From: Iphione sp. A-MEVVRFRX5
Taxonomy: Eukaryota
Reading direction: 5' to 3'
Assembly: GCA_976226885.1 (NCBI GenBank)
Contig: OZ320321.1
Span: forward strand, 22,506,001-22,570,000
DNA: 64,000 nt
In this document: positions 25,601 to 38,375 of the stretch, in pieces
Numbering within the stretch: the first letter of the stretch is position 1
Layout: each line of letters begins with the position of its first letter
Notes under the pieces: model-generated
What the model saw: the letters and a program-made list of their open reading frames with translations, nothing else
Database searches by the model: none
Told to the model about the DNA's origin: nothing
Translations under genes and position numbers: made by a program

Positions 25601-28600
25601 AAATACATACAGGAAACCCCCCTCCACCCCCCCCCCCACACACACATCCCTTTTTGAAAATGCTCAGGGGAAAGAATCGCTCATTGGTGATGAAATACGT
25701 ACGCTAATTATTTGTTTTACGTCGCTTATTTGTGCTTTGTGGTTCTTGTCGGGAACCCGAAGGAGGTGGGGGGCGGGGGGAGGGGTTCTCATTACCATAT
25801 GCTTTCAACTGGTCAGGTGGTGCTTTGGGAGGCATCCAATACTTAAAGCCGGCACCCACTACTTAAGCCGGCATATAAAGAAACCTCAACAACACGCAGT
25901 AAAATCCCACGCACCCTCCCCCCTTTTTTCTGGGGGGAGGGGTTTACGAGGAAACTCACGTTCAGGATCCAAAACTTGCTAAACGGTTCAAGTTGGACAA
26001 TCTTCGGATTAACCATAACAAACGCATTTTATACTGTCAAAAGAGGTTTTCGATTCTTTTTTTTTTCATTTGCAACGTGGTCGTCACTGCCAAGTAACTG
26101 TTATTCCGACATAAACAATATGCAGAAAACCTTTCCTGCTTTTCTAACTATTCAGCCCTCAGGCTCAGGCATTTCTTCAGCTCACACTGCTAATAAATTG
26201 GATTAATCTACTTAAGCTGAATTACCCTTCAAACGAGCGCGAAAAGAATCCCACCTGCTAAAATGAGCGACCATGTATTACTAAAAACAGGTCTTCCCGC
26301 AATATTCTCACAATGACTGATACCTCCCATAGTAGATTACATTCTGCGTTGGTTGATCGGCAGATTGACGAAAGTCCAAGAAACGAGACTTCGTCTGATG
26401 ACGAACTACTTTATATAAACGAGAAATGAGCTAATAGCATGTGTCCATATGGGTAAGTATCATAACCAACTTTCAGTTCAACTGACCGAAAGGAACTGAA
26501 GTAATAAGGCCCACAAGGTTGTGACGGAAGGTCGCATGGTCAGACAGCCGTGATCCGAAGGTCCCCCCACTCCTCTTGGAGGGGAGGGAGTAAAATATAT
26601 GATAGTGCTCCAACTCAAGAGTGGCAATTTTTGCAAAATTGAATTGAATTGGAGTATGCTCCTTTCTCTTTATTTCGTGCCTTTGTTGAATGCAAAATAT
26701 ATTGAATGTTTCAAGCCAATGGAAATACAAGAACTAGAAACTTGGTTCAAACTTCAGCAGTATCCACAAAACGGCATTGGGGGATATGATCTTGAGGACG
26801 AATGCTACTCCAGTATGGCTTGCCCTCTGATATTCACTACATAAGCATTATTACTGGACATTGTTTTCTGGGAGTGTGCTCTCCGAACTGCTTCAGCTGG
26901 AGAATCAATTCAAAACCATCAATAAAGGAAACACACGGCTCAGGTACCTCTAGTGGAGAGGAGGGAGGGAGCGGGGGAGAGACAGGTGAAGCTCTTGACG
27001 TTAAGGTTCAACATTCGAAAAGGGTTTCGTAACTTTTGCTGCATTGTTTTCGAGCCCAAACTTAAGATTATGAAACACTTATTAATATTTCAGTTTAAGG
27101 TAATAATGGGTGTTAAATCCTCTTCGGGTTTTGACATCGAATGTCGGGACGAATTTACAAAATGTGTGAGAGGACCGGAAAAACTTTTTTTCCCCGTATG
27201 GCTTCAACACTGTTTTTCTCGGTTAGTTAGAAACTGTTTACACCTTGGACAAAGTTACATGTATATACAGGTTAAAAAAAACATAACGGAGATCAATATA
27301 GTTTTCCCACCTGTTTACAGCCCCTCAGGTCCAGGTTGATGACCTCTGTCAAGCTGGGCGCGAGGCGTGCGATGCTTACATCCGTCAGCTGAAGCCAATA
27401 TGAAAACGAAAAAGAAAAAACACAGCAGCTTTAGACGGAATTCTCTTTCATGAAATGTTTTTCAAGCATATGAAATCTTATAGCATTCATAAAGGGGGGG
27501 GGGGGGAATAAAGTAGCCTTTCAGACCGGCTTCGGTTTCCGTAGCTTCTTTCTCGCCGACGAATGCTTCCCTTGTACTGCGCGTCGCAGCTTAATGACTA
27601 TCTTATGAGGCACATCGTCTTAATCACGTTGTGCGGCCGCAAAGGGAAGGGGTACAAACATTAAGACAACAAACTCCCGGGAATTCCTCGACTAATAATA
27701 ACATGGGGGGGGAGGGAAATCAAGCTAGAAGTCACAGGAGTGGAAAATGTAATTTCACTGGCGTTAAGCTTCAACCATAATTCAAGAGGCGCGCGACTTT
27801 CGTTGTGCGTTTGCGAAGGATCTGAAAGGTTTTGCTGACACCCTGCACAGCGTTCCAGTACAAGGGGTAATTGTGTATGTTCGTATGATTAACACAAACT
27901 ATTTAACCCAATGAGGGCGGCAAGTATCCTTAAGGAAACACCACTTAGGATAGTTTGTATCCTTAAGGATACATTGATATATCATGACAATCTTTAAGAT
28001 TCAGTCTTATGATATTTATAATTTCATTATAAAGCATTATTCTCTGCTGCATATAATGCGTGACTTTTAAAATACATTGGAAATAATGAAATTAACTTTG
28101 CTGATCAAACACACGACAGAAACTACGTCACGGCGCCCTCCTGAATGCCATAATGACATAACAGTACCTCCCGGTCTTGATACACACATCACACACCAAG
28201 TGACCGTCTTCACTGGGTTAAAAGGATAACCAAAGACCTGGACCTTACGGGAGTAGAGTATCTAAGTCACAATCAAGAGGGCCTTAAACCGCTCCAGGAC
28301 AGTGTATCCTAGTAAAACATTTCTCACAAGATTTATTCTATTTTTTATATATCCTACATTACCCACAAGGTGTTTACACCATAGACATCCTAATAAACCA
28401 TTATCCACAAAGTGTATTACACCATTTGTATCCGTGTGAGTCCATGACCTACAAAGTTTATTACTTTGTAGCCAAGTAAAACATTACCCACATGGTATAC
28501 TGCAGCATAATTTATACATCCTAATAAAGGGTATGAACATGCCTGTATCTAGGCTACTTACAATACAATCTTCTTTATCATACAATATATATAGCATGAA

Positions 28601-31600
28601 AAGACAAAGAAACCATTTATACGCTTGAAAACCCCTAAACTTTGGAATATGAATACAAAAGAGACAATATATCACAGTAAACCACTTGAATGAGCCAACT
28701 GAGATTTATCGTAGTGTTTCTTTATGATAGCAACATGATAACTGCAATTTAGAGTGAGCGATTTAGAATGAGGAATGACTGAAAACCATCCTGGTCAGTA
28801 TGACATCTTTTCCCAATAAACAATTTCAATTTCAATTCTACTTCACTGAAGATGAAGTTTAGTTTTAGGATATAATATCGTGGGTGGTAAAACAAGATGT
28901 TTGATGGGCCGAACGTTCTGAAGCCTCGAATGCCTACCTCGACGTCCCTAATGCAGTCCGCCTGGTGGACTTGTACACCTTACAATCGTTGACTTCCAGT
29001 TATGAGTTTCATCTCAGTTTACCATCTAAGCTTATAAGTAATCACCCAACGCAAAGAGGAGAGACCTTTCTCCGGTCAGCATAAACACAACTGGGGAGTC
29101 GGGCACGATAAATCATTCCGAAGAAATTAATATCTAATGTGTGAGACGGGAATACTACGAATCAACCCTGATCAAAGTTGACGTCGCAAAGTTGAACTCG
29201 ACAAAACTGGCCCTTGTCAAACTTAACCGTGGTAGAACAGTTTAGGGTAAGGACAGGTCAATAGGCATGTAAATGAATGACAGATCATCAATCAATGGGA
29301 TCATATACAAGCCAACTACATGTACATTAAATCTAACATTATTAATGTATTATTTCAGGTTAGTAATCAGACTTTGAGAGTTAGGGTTAGGATTTAGAGA
29401 ATATCAACACACCACCACTGCATTTAAGTCCATTACACCGGAAGGAGTCCTCACGCATGCATTGCCACTGTAAGTTCTGGGGGATTTTTTTCTGCATCTC
29501 ACCCAAGTTTGACCATAAAAACTACATAAATTTATTTCGTTTACCTGTTTCCGACCTAAATCGATGGCTTATCCTTGTCAGTCATACCGTTTTTCCAAAA
29601 GTTGGTTTCTAAAGAGAGTGTTACAAAAGTTGAAAACTCAACAAACTATTTAGTTTATAACAGAACATGTTATAAAGGGCAAGTACATGCAGATATGAAC
29701 TAATTTGTTACAGACTTGAAAAAATTAACCTTTCAATATGAATACATTGACATTTTTACTACATCTCCTGGTTATAGAACCCACTGTTGGAAAATAGAAG
29801 GACTTAAGTTTGGAAACCGGTAAACAAAACACACTTTTTGGACAAGTTGTAGCCATAAAAAAAGGTTTACAATTGAATGTATATGAAAAAAATGTAAATT
29901 TAAGTTTCCTGAGTTTGGTACGAAGTTTGGTTGACATCACTATGAATGGCCTTTGACCCCATACCACACGTGGTACACAGTTGTATACCAATGGACCGTC
30001 AGAGGGTGGTAAATGCTCGTGTGTACTGCACAAGGGTGAGGTAATTAAGTTAGGGTATAACGGTTAGGGGCAGTTTTAGAGTAATGGTTAGTATTAGGAT
30101 TGAGGCTTGTATTCGGTTAGGGTTATTAGAGTTGGAGATAGCATTATGGCTGGATTTAATCATAAAAAGATAACTACAGGTTAAAGTGAGAGGGTGACTC
30201 CAATGCCGGTCAAGTGTGCTTGCATGTCAACTGTCAAAAGGTTTTTTACAGTTCATCGCTAAAAGCATGATAGTTGTCATCATCATTTGGAATGATACAA
30301 AAATAAGCCAGTGTCAAGAGACCATATAGAGAAACACATTAGTAAGAAATCAGAGCATTTGAAACAATCGTTTAGGAAGAGACAGACCCACAAGTTTATG
30401 CCTGTGGATAGGACGGTTGGACAGCAGCAAACAAAGGGTCCCCCACTCTTCTAAGAGACTTCTAACAAGGGCAGAATGCCACCATTCACCTAACAGTAGG
30501 AGAGCTTTATCAAACCTTAGAAATAACTATGTTTTACGTAACATGTTTGTAATTTCTGTTCTATCATATGATTTTCTTGTCCCGTTTCCCTCAATATATC
30601 ACGCAGCATGAGTCTGGACAGAAGCAGGAGTTGGGACTACTTGGACATAACAGAGATTAAGGGGCTCATAAATGTCCTTTGGGGGGTCTAAACATTTTGG
30701 ATTACCCAGATCCACGTGTCCATCCCACACCAAACTACCCTCCCATGGACACCACTCATTGATAATTACGGGCTGAGAACCAATGGAACCCTCGTGAAGG
30801 GGGTTGGTGTTGAACCCACATGGTGTTCATGTGTGTGAGTGCATTGTCACACCTAGAAATCTCCACACGAGGTATGTATGCTTGTGGGTATGATAGCAAA
30901 AGTGTCAATTGGTATACCTTCACCTTAAAAATACTTGAATTACTACCCAAATTACCCAGTGCCATGGATCCACATACATAAATATTATAAAAAAAATTTA
31001 AGACGAGGCCGACTGGGGGGAGACCAAATCATGGTATCAATCTTTGTGATAGGTATGTGTGTCTATCAGGTTTAAACCCTGTGAGATATGTGTCCGGAGG
31101 CGATGGATCCCGTTCCTCTCTATTTTGTCTCTCAGTTTATTAGATCTAGCACTGTCTGGATTCTTGTGAATGAAATCTACAATGGTGATTTCAACATTTG
31201 CTATTCCGCTGTGGTCACTTGGGTTGAAGTGATCTGATATCTCATTGTCTTTAGTTTGATTGTTGATGTGAAAAAAGTGCTCTCTGAATCTGTCCATCAG
31301 ACGTCATTTGGTCTGCCCCACATATTGTGAGTTGCACTGTTTGCATGTCATGCAATATATCAAATTTGAGTTCTGGTAAGATACATGAATTTGGAGATGT
31401 ACCTTCTCCCTGCGGTGCTGGAGATGATCCTGCCACTGATGTTTAGTTTTGTGCAGTACCTGCATTCCTTGTTGGTGCAGATATTGTAACATCTGCCCTC
31501 TATTGCCTTTTTATGTTTTTGGTCTTCTCCAGGGTTGTAGATTACCCTGGCTCTCACTAGGTGCTCCCGAAGGTTTTTGGTCTTCTTAATGCAGTGACCA

Positions 31601-34600
31601 GTCTGCTTTTGTGCAGTTTGTTTGTGTTGACCGTGCAAGTATGTCCCAGTTTTGTCTTACAGTTATCTGAATTACTGCCGTTCTCTTCGGTACAGGTATC
31701 TCGATGAAAAAACCCCAACCTCTTGATCATAAAAGCAGTCACGTTCAGGTGCATTCAAACTGTCAATAACATCGCCGTTAATGCACCACTCCATGGTTAA
31801 TCTTCACCTATGAAGTAGTAATAGCCCACAAGGCTTAAGCCGAAGTATAAAGGTAGAACCAGGAGGATCCGGGAGTTCAAATTGATCGCAAACGCATCTC
31901 CCGTTGGGAATTGATTGTTTTTATTTAAACACTGGGCGATAGCAACGGTGACAAGTCTTACATTTACGAAAAAAAATTATTGATTTTTAAGAGGCACGCG
32001 CGGATGATGTAAAGAAGGCAAGGAGGTGGGGGAACACATCGCATAAAAGTAAGAGTATGAAACAAAAAACACACTGAGGCCTGTTCAAATAGTATCTGAT
32101 GCGATTAAGAGTCGGGTTTCACNNNNNNNNNNNNNNNNNNNNNNNNNNNNNNNNNNNNNNNNNNNNNNNNNNNNNNNNNNNNNNNNNNNNNNNNNNNNNN
32201 NNNNNNNNNNNNNNNNNNNNNNNNNNNNNNNNNNNNNNNNNNNNNNNNNNNNNNNNNNNNNATGCAATATGCATCCATATAGGTATTTGTCCAGCTACCT
32301 AAAAGGGTAGTCGGACAATAGTCATGTATTGTATGTATTTCTTCATGCTCCAGAGACAATTTCCAGATGTATGGAAAGCCGCCCTAAGCCAGGTTTTCGA
32401 TGCACAGTCAGATTGCCAGGGGAGACCAGACCAGGGGGAGAGACCAAGTTTCGATAGAACCAAAGTCTATATTACTATATAGAAAGAGACCACAGAGGAG
32501 ACCAGACCACAACAGAGACCAGATTTCTCTCGTTGCAGAGGTGGTCTCCTAAGCTAGAGTGTCTACTGTACACATACATGTATTTACCTATGTAGGTGAA
32601 AAGTGCAGGACAAACACGGACACCGTACTACTGCCTACCGATGTGTCCGGACATAAATGTATACAGATGAGAGAGTGTGAAAGGCAAGCCATTGCCAACA
32701 GCCTTTACTGGATATGGAATTAAGCATGAGCGGGATGCATTACATGTTGATTGATACCACCAGCCGCTCTCAGCTCGATCGCGAAGGGGGTCACTGTGCC
32801 TACTGTAATAGAGATGTGTATATGGAGAAGTATCATCGAGCTTGCTCCCGAAAATATGTCACAACTACGTATCCCACACCATACATATGTATACAGTAGC
32901 CCCCCCCCAATCCGATGACTTTATAGCCAACATATACTGCTTAACCGACGACGGACCGAGGAGCGAAATGTAAAAAAATAATTACCTGAAATAGTTCCCC
33001 AAACCGACAATTTCCATATATCCGACAAAGTCTAAAGGAACCAAAAGTGTTGGCTATGGAGGGATCACTGTACATGCAATGCCCGTCTAAGCCCATCCTG
33101 GTCTATGTGCATAAATGATAATAAACCCAGAGACATGTGGAGAGGAGGGGGGGGGGGTAACTTGAAGGATGGACAGAGTGCCAGATAAGAGAGTGAAAGT
33201 CAATTGAAACAAAGCAGATGTTGCCCTCCAGTCACCCTAAGTAACCATACAGAAGCAACATATACCTGCGAATAATCTCTCCGTATCCTCCGTTTGAAAG
33301 GTTAATTACTATCATTTGAGGACCAACTGTAAATACTGCTTACGATTCAACGGGGCGATAAGATACGCAGTTAACCAAGAATATACACACTAATAACAGA
33401 CATTTTAACTTTGCAAGGACGGTTAGGTATCAGTCAAGAATGGGTCAGGCCACAAGTATGGAAAATATGAAGGGATTTTTTTTTTATATTGAAGAACTTG
33501 ACAACTGAATGCAGCCATCACTGACACAGCTCTGAAACACTGAACTGTTTGTTTTTCGGTCAATTTAATTGGGTCCTTTTCTAGTGAATTGTAAACAAAC
33601 GCACCTCAGGTGGTACATAATTACGCTGCGTCTTTGCCCTGAAAATGCGCCATGTTATAAAAATAAATACCGTCCAAGAACAGAGGATAAAACTGATGCT
33701 GCAGAACGGTTGCGACCTCTGGCAGCAGGGTGCAGAACTGACTGCCGCCCCCGCCATTCCTCTTTTTTTTGTCTTTTAAATTCTTTGAAACAGCTGTGAG
33801 GCCAGAGGATGGCTCTCAGCCGGAGCTGGGAGGATACACTGTGTAGAGACCAAGAAGCAATAATTAAGCCTATTAAACCGGGCTATAGATGGCCAAGTTT
33901 ACCCATCTTTAACCATTATTAGTGCTTCACCTTCAACCCTAACGTCCTTATATAAATACTTGGTACTCTGCGGAGTGTATGGTGCCGAGTCAGATAATCA
34001 AGAGGTTAATTTCACTCGTAATTGTTATGGTGGCAACTACCTGTGAAAGAATGGAGACCCGATAAATTTAAAACCCCCCAAAAAGATTCGGTAATATTTA
34101 CGTCGCCGGACGTCGGCTCCGGGGAGAGCAGCCGTGGCCCAGAGGCACAAATAAAACACTTGTCTTCTCTGTCCCGCGCCCTGCAGTCAGCATGGATGCT
34201 TCCTATTTCTTTGACAGAAAGTTGCCAGAGTCGTTATGTTAGATGGCCCAGTAAAAACAAACCAAAAAAAAAACAACACGTAAACCTACCCACGTGTCTA
34301 TTTCAACTTCTTGGTGATCAGTGAAATTCGGTCTTCAGCGCCAACTCAAAACCGCTGCTTGTTACCTACAATTAACGGTGGCTATTTCCAAATCACATCC
34401 CATCCTGACGTTTTGAGATACACAATGCACGGATGCCGACTTAATGAGGGTTAAGGAGCCAAAAATAAACGTCGGGGAATAAAACGATACTTGCGATGCC
34501 AATAACAACGGAAATATTAACGGTGGGCTAACTTCACTATAATGTGTTTGATAAAAGGAATGGAAAACCGAGAGGGGAGTCATTAGCCAAGAAAGATCCA

Positions 34601-37600
34601 GCTGCAATAATTTCGGAGATTTTTTTTTCTTTCTTTTTACATAGGAAAATAAGAGGCATATTAAAGACGAACACTGGGGAAAGTTGAGACTTGTTTGCAC
34701 AACAAAGATGACACATAACTGATGTTACAAGCCTCCTTTATGAATCCCAGAAGTAATATGAACCCCGCTCTCGTAATGAGCTGGTGGACCAGAAGAAACC
34801 CTACACATGTGCATGTATTTATAGATTAATGAAAACAGAATACACTGGATACACGCAAAAGAACTTCCACCAATCGAGCTCAACATTGTACCTCATGTAC
34901 TTGTTCAGAGATTTACTGGCAGTTTCATACAGAAATATCAACTGTACCCATATATGTTGGTCTCCAAATCCAAATTGATATTTTTCATGAATCGTGCTGG
35001 CTCATCCACCATTTTCTTCATGGTTGTTCAACCCAAAACAAATTTCAAGAACTGGGACAAAAATTGTACTGATCCTCCTATGTTACTTTATTTTCCTCAT
35101 GACCTACATTGTTCTTCTTTCTCCAAGATCTGGTCCTTAGTTCCTGGCCTATATCGGGTTGGGTCAAGTATGTGCAAATCGTGCAACCAATGACAAAGTC
35201 ACTGGTCAATGGTGCAGGTTGATTCATGAATTCCTCAGATTTGGACATAATTATACCGAAATACTAGGTAAATCCCTTGACGGTAACTTAAAGGTGACAG
35301 GTAAATGCTTGCCATGGTGCGAATCATTAAACACATACAATTCACACATTCCTGGCTAAGGTTACACCACCTTAATTCACACTTCCTTGGCCCGGCTGAT
35401 ATGCCATCTTTAATCACCTGTAGCAATTCACACCTCCCTGGTTGCTGACCTGCCTATATTTAAACACTTTAAGTAATTTAACACATTCCTGGCTGATGAT
35501 GTGTCTTCTTAACAATTCACACTTCCTGGTTGCTGGTCTGCCATCTTAACAATTCACACTTGCTTGGCGGCAGTTACTCCTCCCCAATCCAGACACCCTG
35601 TGTTGCCAGCTAAGGTGTTTATCACATGTGTGTAGAACACAGAATGCGTCATGCTGAGTGCATTAAATTAAAAACATGTCAGGCTGATGGCTCTTCAACA
35701 TTGCGTCCTATGGTCTACGCATCCGTATGCGTAGAACATCTGTCCCCGCCCAATTCATCATCTATGCATATGCAGCCGTATGCATAGATAAATACGAATA
35801 TGCATATATATGAATGCTGCAGGGCTTAAGTATAGGATCAACCAAATACGTATAGGCAGCCATATGGATGTCCATAGAAAAATGCATACATGTGATAAGG
35901 GCCTAAGTTGACCTGAATTGTGAGTGACCGCATTGATGCAGGGTCCACCGATACTTCCTCTATATCCCCCTGGGTAGAAAATACTGGAAAAATGAAGGAA
36001 GTGTGCACGGAAACGTGTGAGGAAACGTGCAAGGGGAGGCATACAAAGGCAGACCCTGTGGGGGAGGGGGGGGGAGTGTGAACAGTACTCACAGACATCA
36101 GTAGAACAGTGCGGCCTTTGTTAAGCATACACGTTGCACACATCTGAAGAATAATTGATGTGACCTCTGGAGGGGGCGTGGACTGACCACAGTCACCGAA
36201 AGGTGGCCGCACTACTGAAGGCTTTTTACACAAGAGTTTCGAGAAGTGCATTTTGCTCGGAGCTCTAATGACTGCCGTCGTACCGTGGCGGCATTACTAA
36301 GATGACCACAGGCCGAGGGCTCACCGTATTTAGTACAGGTATACATTTAACGGAGTAGATGTGTTCCATGATTTCACTTCGTTGTGAGAACCTCCGTTAT
36401 GAGAGGCACACTGTTTCGGCTTAAGTTTTCATAGTTTTTTTTTCTTACTTAGATTTAGTAATAAATTATGTTTTATAGTAGATGCATATGTTTCTGTGTG
36501 TTCTTTTCTTATTCAGTCCATTTTTTTGGGGAAAATACAGAAATATCAGGCAAAAACGTAGAGAGGCGACACTAGAAACGGTTTCATTTGGCAACAGGGT
36601 GGTTTAGAAATGGCGCGAGCTGCTTGTAAGGTGCGAAATGGTAATGGCGCGAAGTGGTAATGGTGCGAGTTGCTCATCGCACGACTCGTCACGCTCTTCT
36701 CATTACTTCCATCGGTGAAATACGATTCTCAACTAATCGAGAAAACCAGAAGCAGAAAATGGACTCTACCGGAACCTCCTTCTTCATGACCATCTACAGG
36801 GAAGGGGGGACACTTTTCTGAAGTCACCACCATTCACCAGACCCTACCGTTTTATGGCGTGACAAGGCGGGAATATACATTCACGGTTTGTTGTTGGAAA
36901 TAGCCAGAAACCAGTTGGATACGAAAAGTTGGCTTTTAATGAAGTACATGTACTGGCAACACACAATCAGCAAGCTCCCTCCTCCAGGGCAGTGTGTGTT
37001 ATTCGAGAGGACTTTGAAATGAGAAATGTCGCGAATGTAAATCTACTAATCACTCTACAAAATTTATCCCCGCTGTCGAAACATGAAGTGTTGAAACAAA
37101 AGGGTCACATCCGAAAGTTGTTTCACAGAACTGTTTTGAAACTTGAAAAAAAAGGAATCAACTTGAAGTTTCTTTGTTGTTTGTCAGTTTTACAAAAATA
37201 ATAACTCTCGATACGACCTGGCGAGGTAAACAATATTAACAGCGTGTCCCGTTAAGAAAGGACTTTTACTCGTCCGACTCCCGGAGCATTCAAGCAACGC
37301 CCCATCGCCCATGGGTGCCCCCGCTCACGCACATTCACACACACAAACACACACTCACTCACACACACACTCACTCACTCACTTACTCATTCATTCACTC
37401 ACACGCCTCAGACGTCCGCCCGGCCCCCGACCTGCAAGCAGGGCTGAAGCAACAGGGGAAGGAGGCGACGAAGGTGAAATGACGAGGATGATAGAGATTA
37501 ATAAGGCGGCTGATACGAGTAGCTGGGGGGGGGGGAATTAATGGAGGCAGAGGCTGGGGGCCTAATGAGACATGCCATGACCGATCACCCAGCGCCGGCC

Positions 37601-38327
37601 CACGGTTAGCCCTGACAGCGACGAGGGGGTAATACTTCGGCAATCGTCACCAGGCCAGGAGGGGAGGGAGGGGGGGGGGGGAGAGAACTACTGGCTAGAA
37701 GTAGTCGTACCCAATTTGTTCAACTGTCAGAGTGAATTCAAATCCTAACCACCGAGCGGGTTTTACCAGGTCAATTAGTAGCACAGCTAAACATAGTCCA
37801 CCTGAAATCCTAGCGTGGTTCTCATGGGGAAAAAATTGGATTTTTTTTTTCAAATTGACCTTGGTCATCTATGATCCTTATCAGAATTAGAAGCCCGTAA
37901 CAAAGGTGAGATAGCTTTAGTTAACATAAAGTATCTATCAGGTTTCTCACAGAAGAAAAGGCCGACTTGACCTTGGAAATATATCATGTGACCTTGAAGA
38001 GTGTTCAAGCAAGACCTTGGACTGACCTTCCAGCACTGGCCAAGGTTAAGGATGGTGAGAAACTTGCAGTGGCTGGCGATGCTGGCGGCGGAGCGAGGAG
38101 ACACGTTGAAACAGCCGAACAGCTCCAGTGTCCTCAAACTGTAAAAAAAATGTTTTTTGTTCAGCTCATGTTTGAAATATCGTGCTAGCGCGTGCTCTGA
38201 GGAGGATTATATTCAAAACAAACGTTAGCTGTCTTTCGTAGACAAGACACATTCAACCAACCTACAGGCTCATTTGACCAACTTACATGGCATTCCTATA
38301 TCGTATGAATGAGAAGGAGAGAGGAGG

Positions 38328-38375
<48 letters not shown>

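Noticed and set aside
30040-30140. Degenerate ggttag/ttaggg motifs resembling telomeric repeats (also ~29.4 kb)
   Set aside because: Few, irregular copies; more consistent with internal repeats of a non-autonomous element than with an interstitial telomere.
36093-36143. 51-nt phase-0/0 AG/GT-bounded segment (MCATCMLNKGRTVLLMS) in the 38027-23506 intron
   Set aside because: It would interrupt an LRR that reads continuously without it, and it has no LRR pattern.
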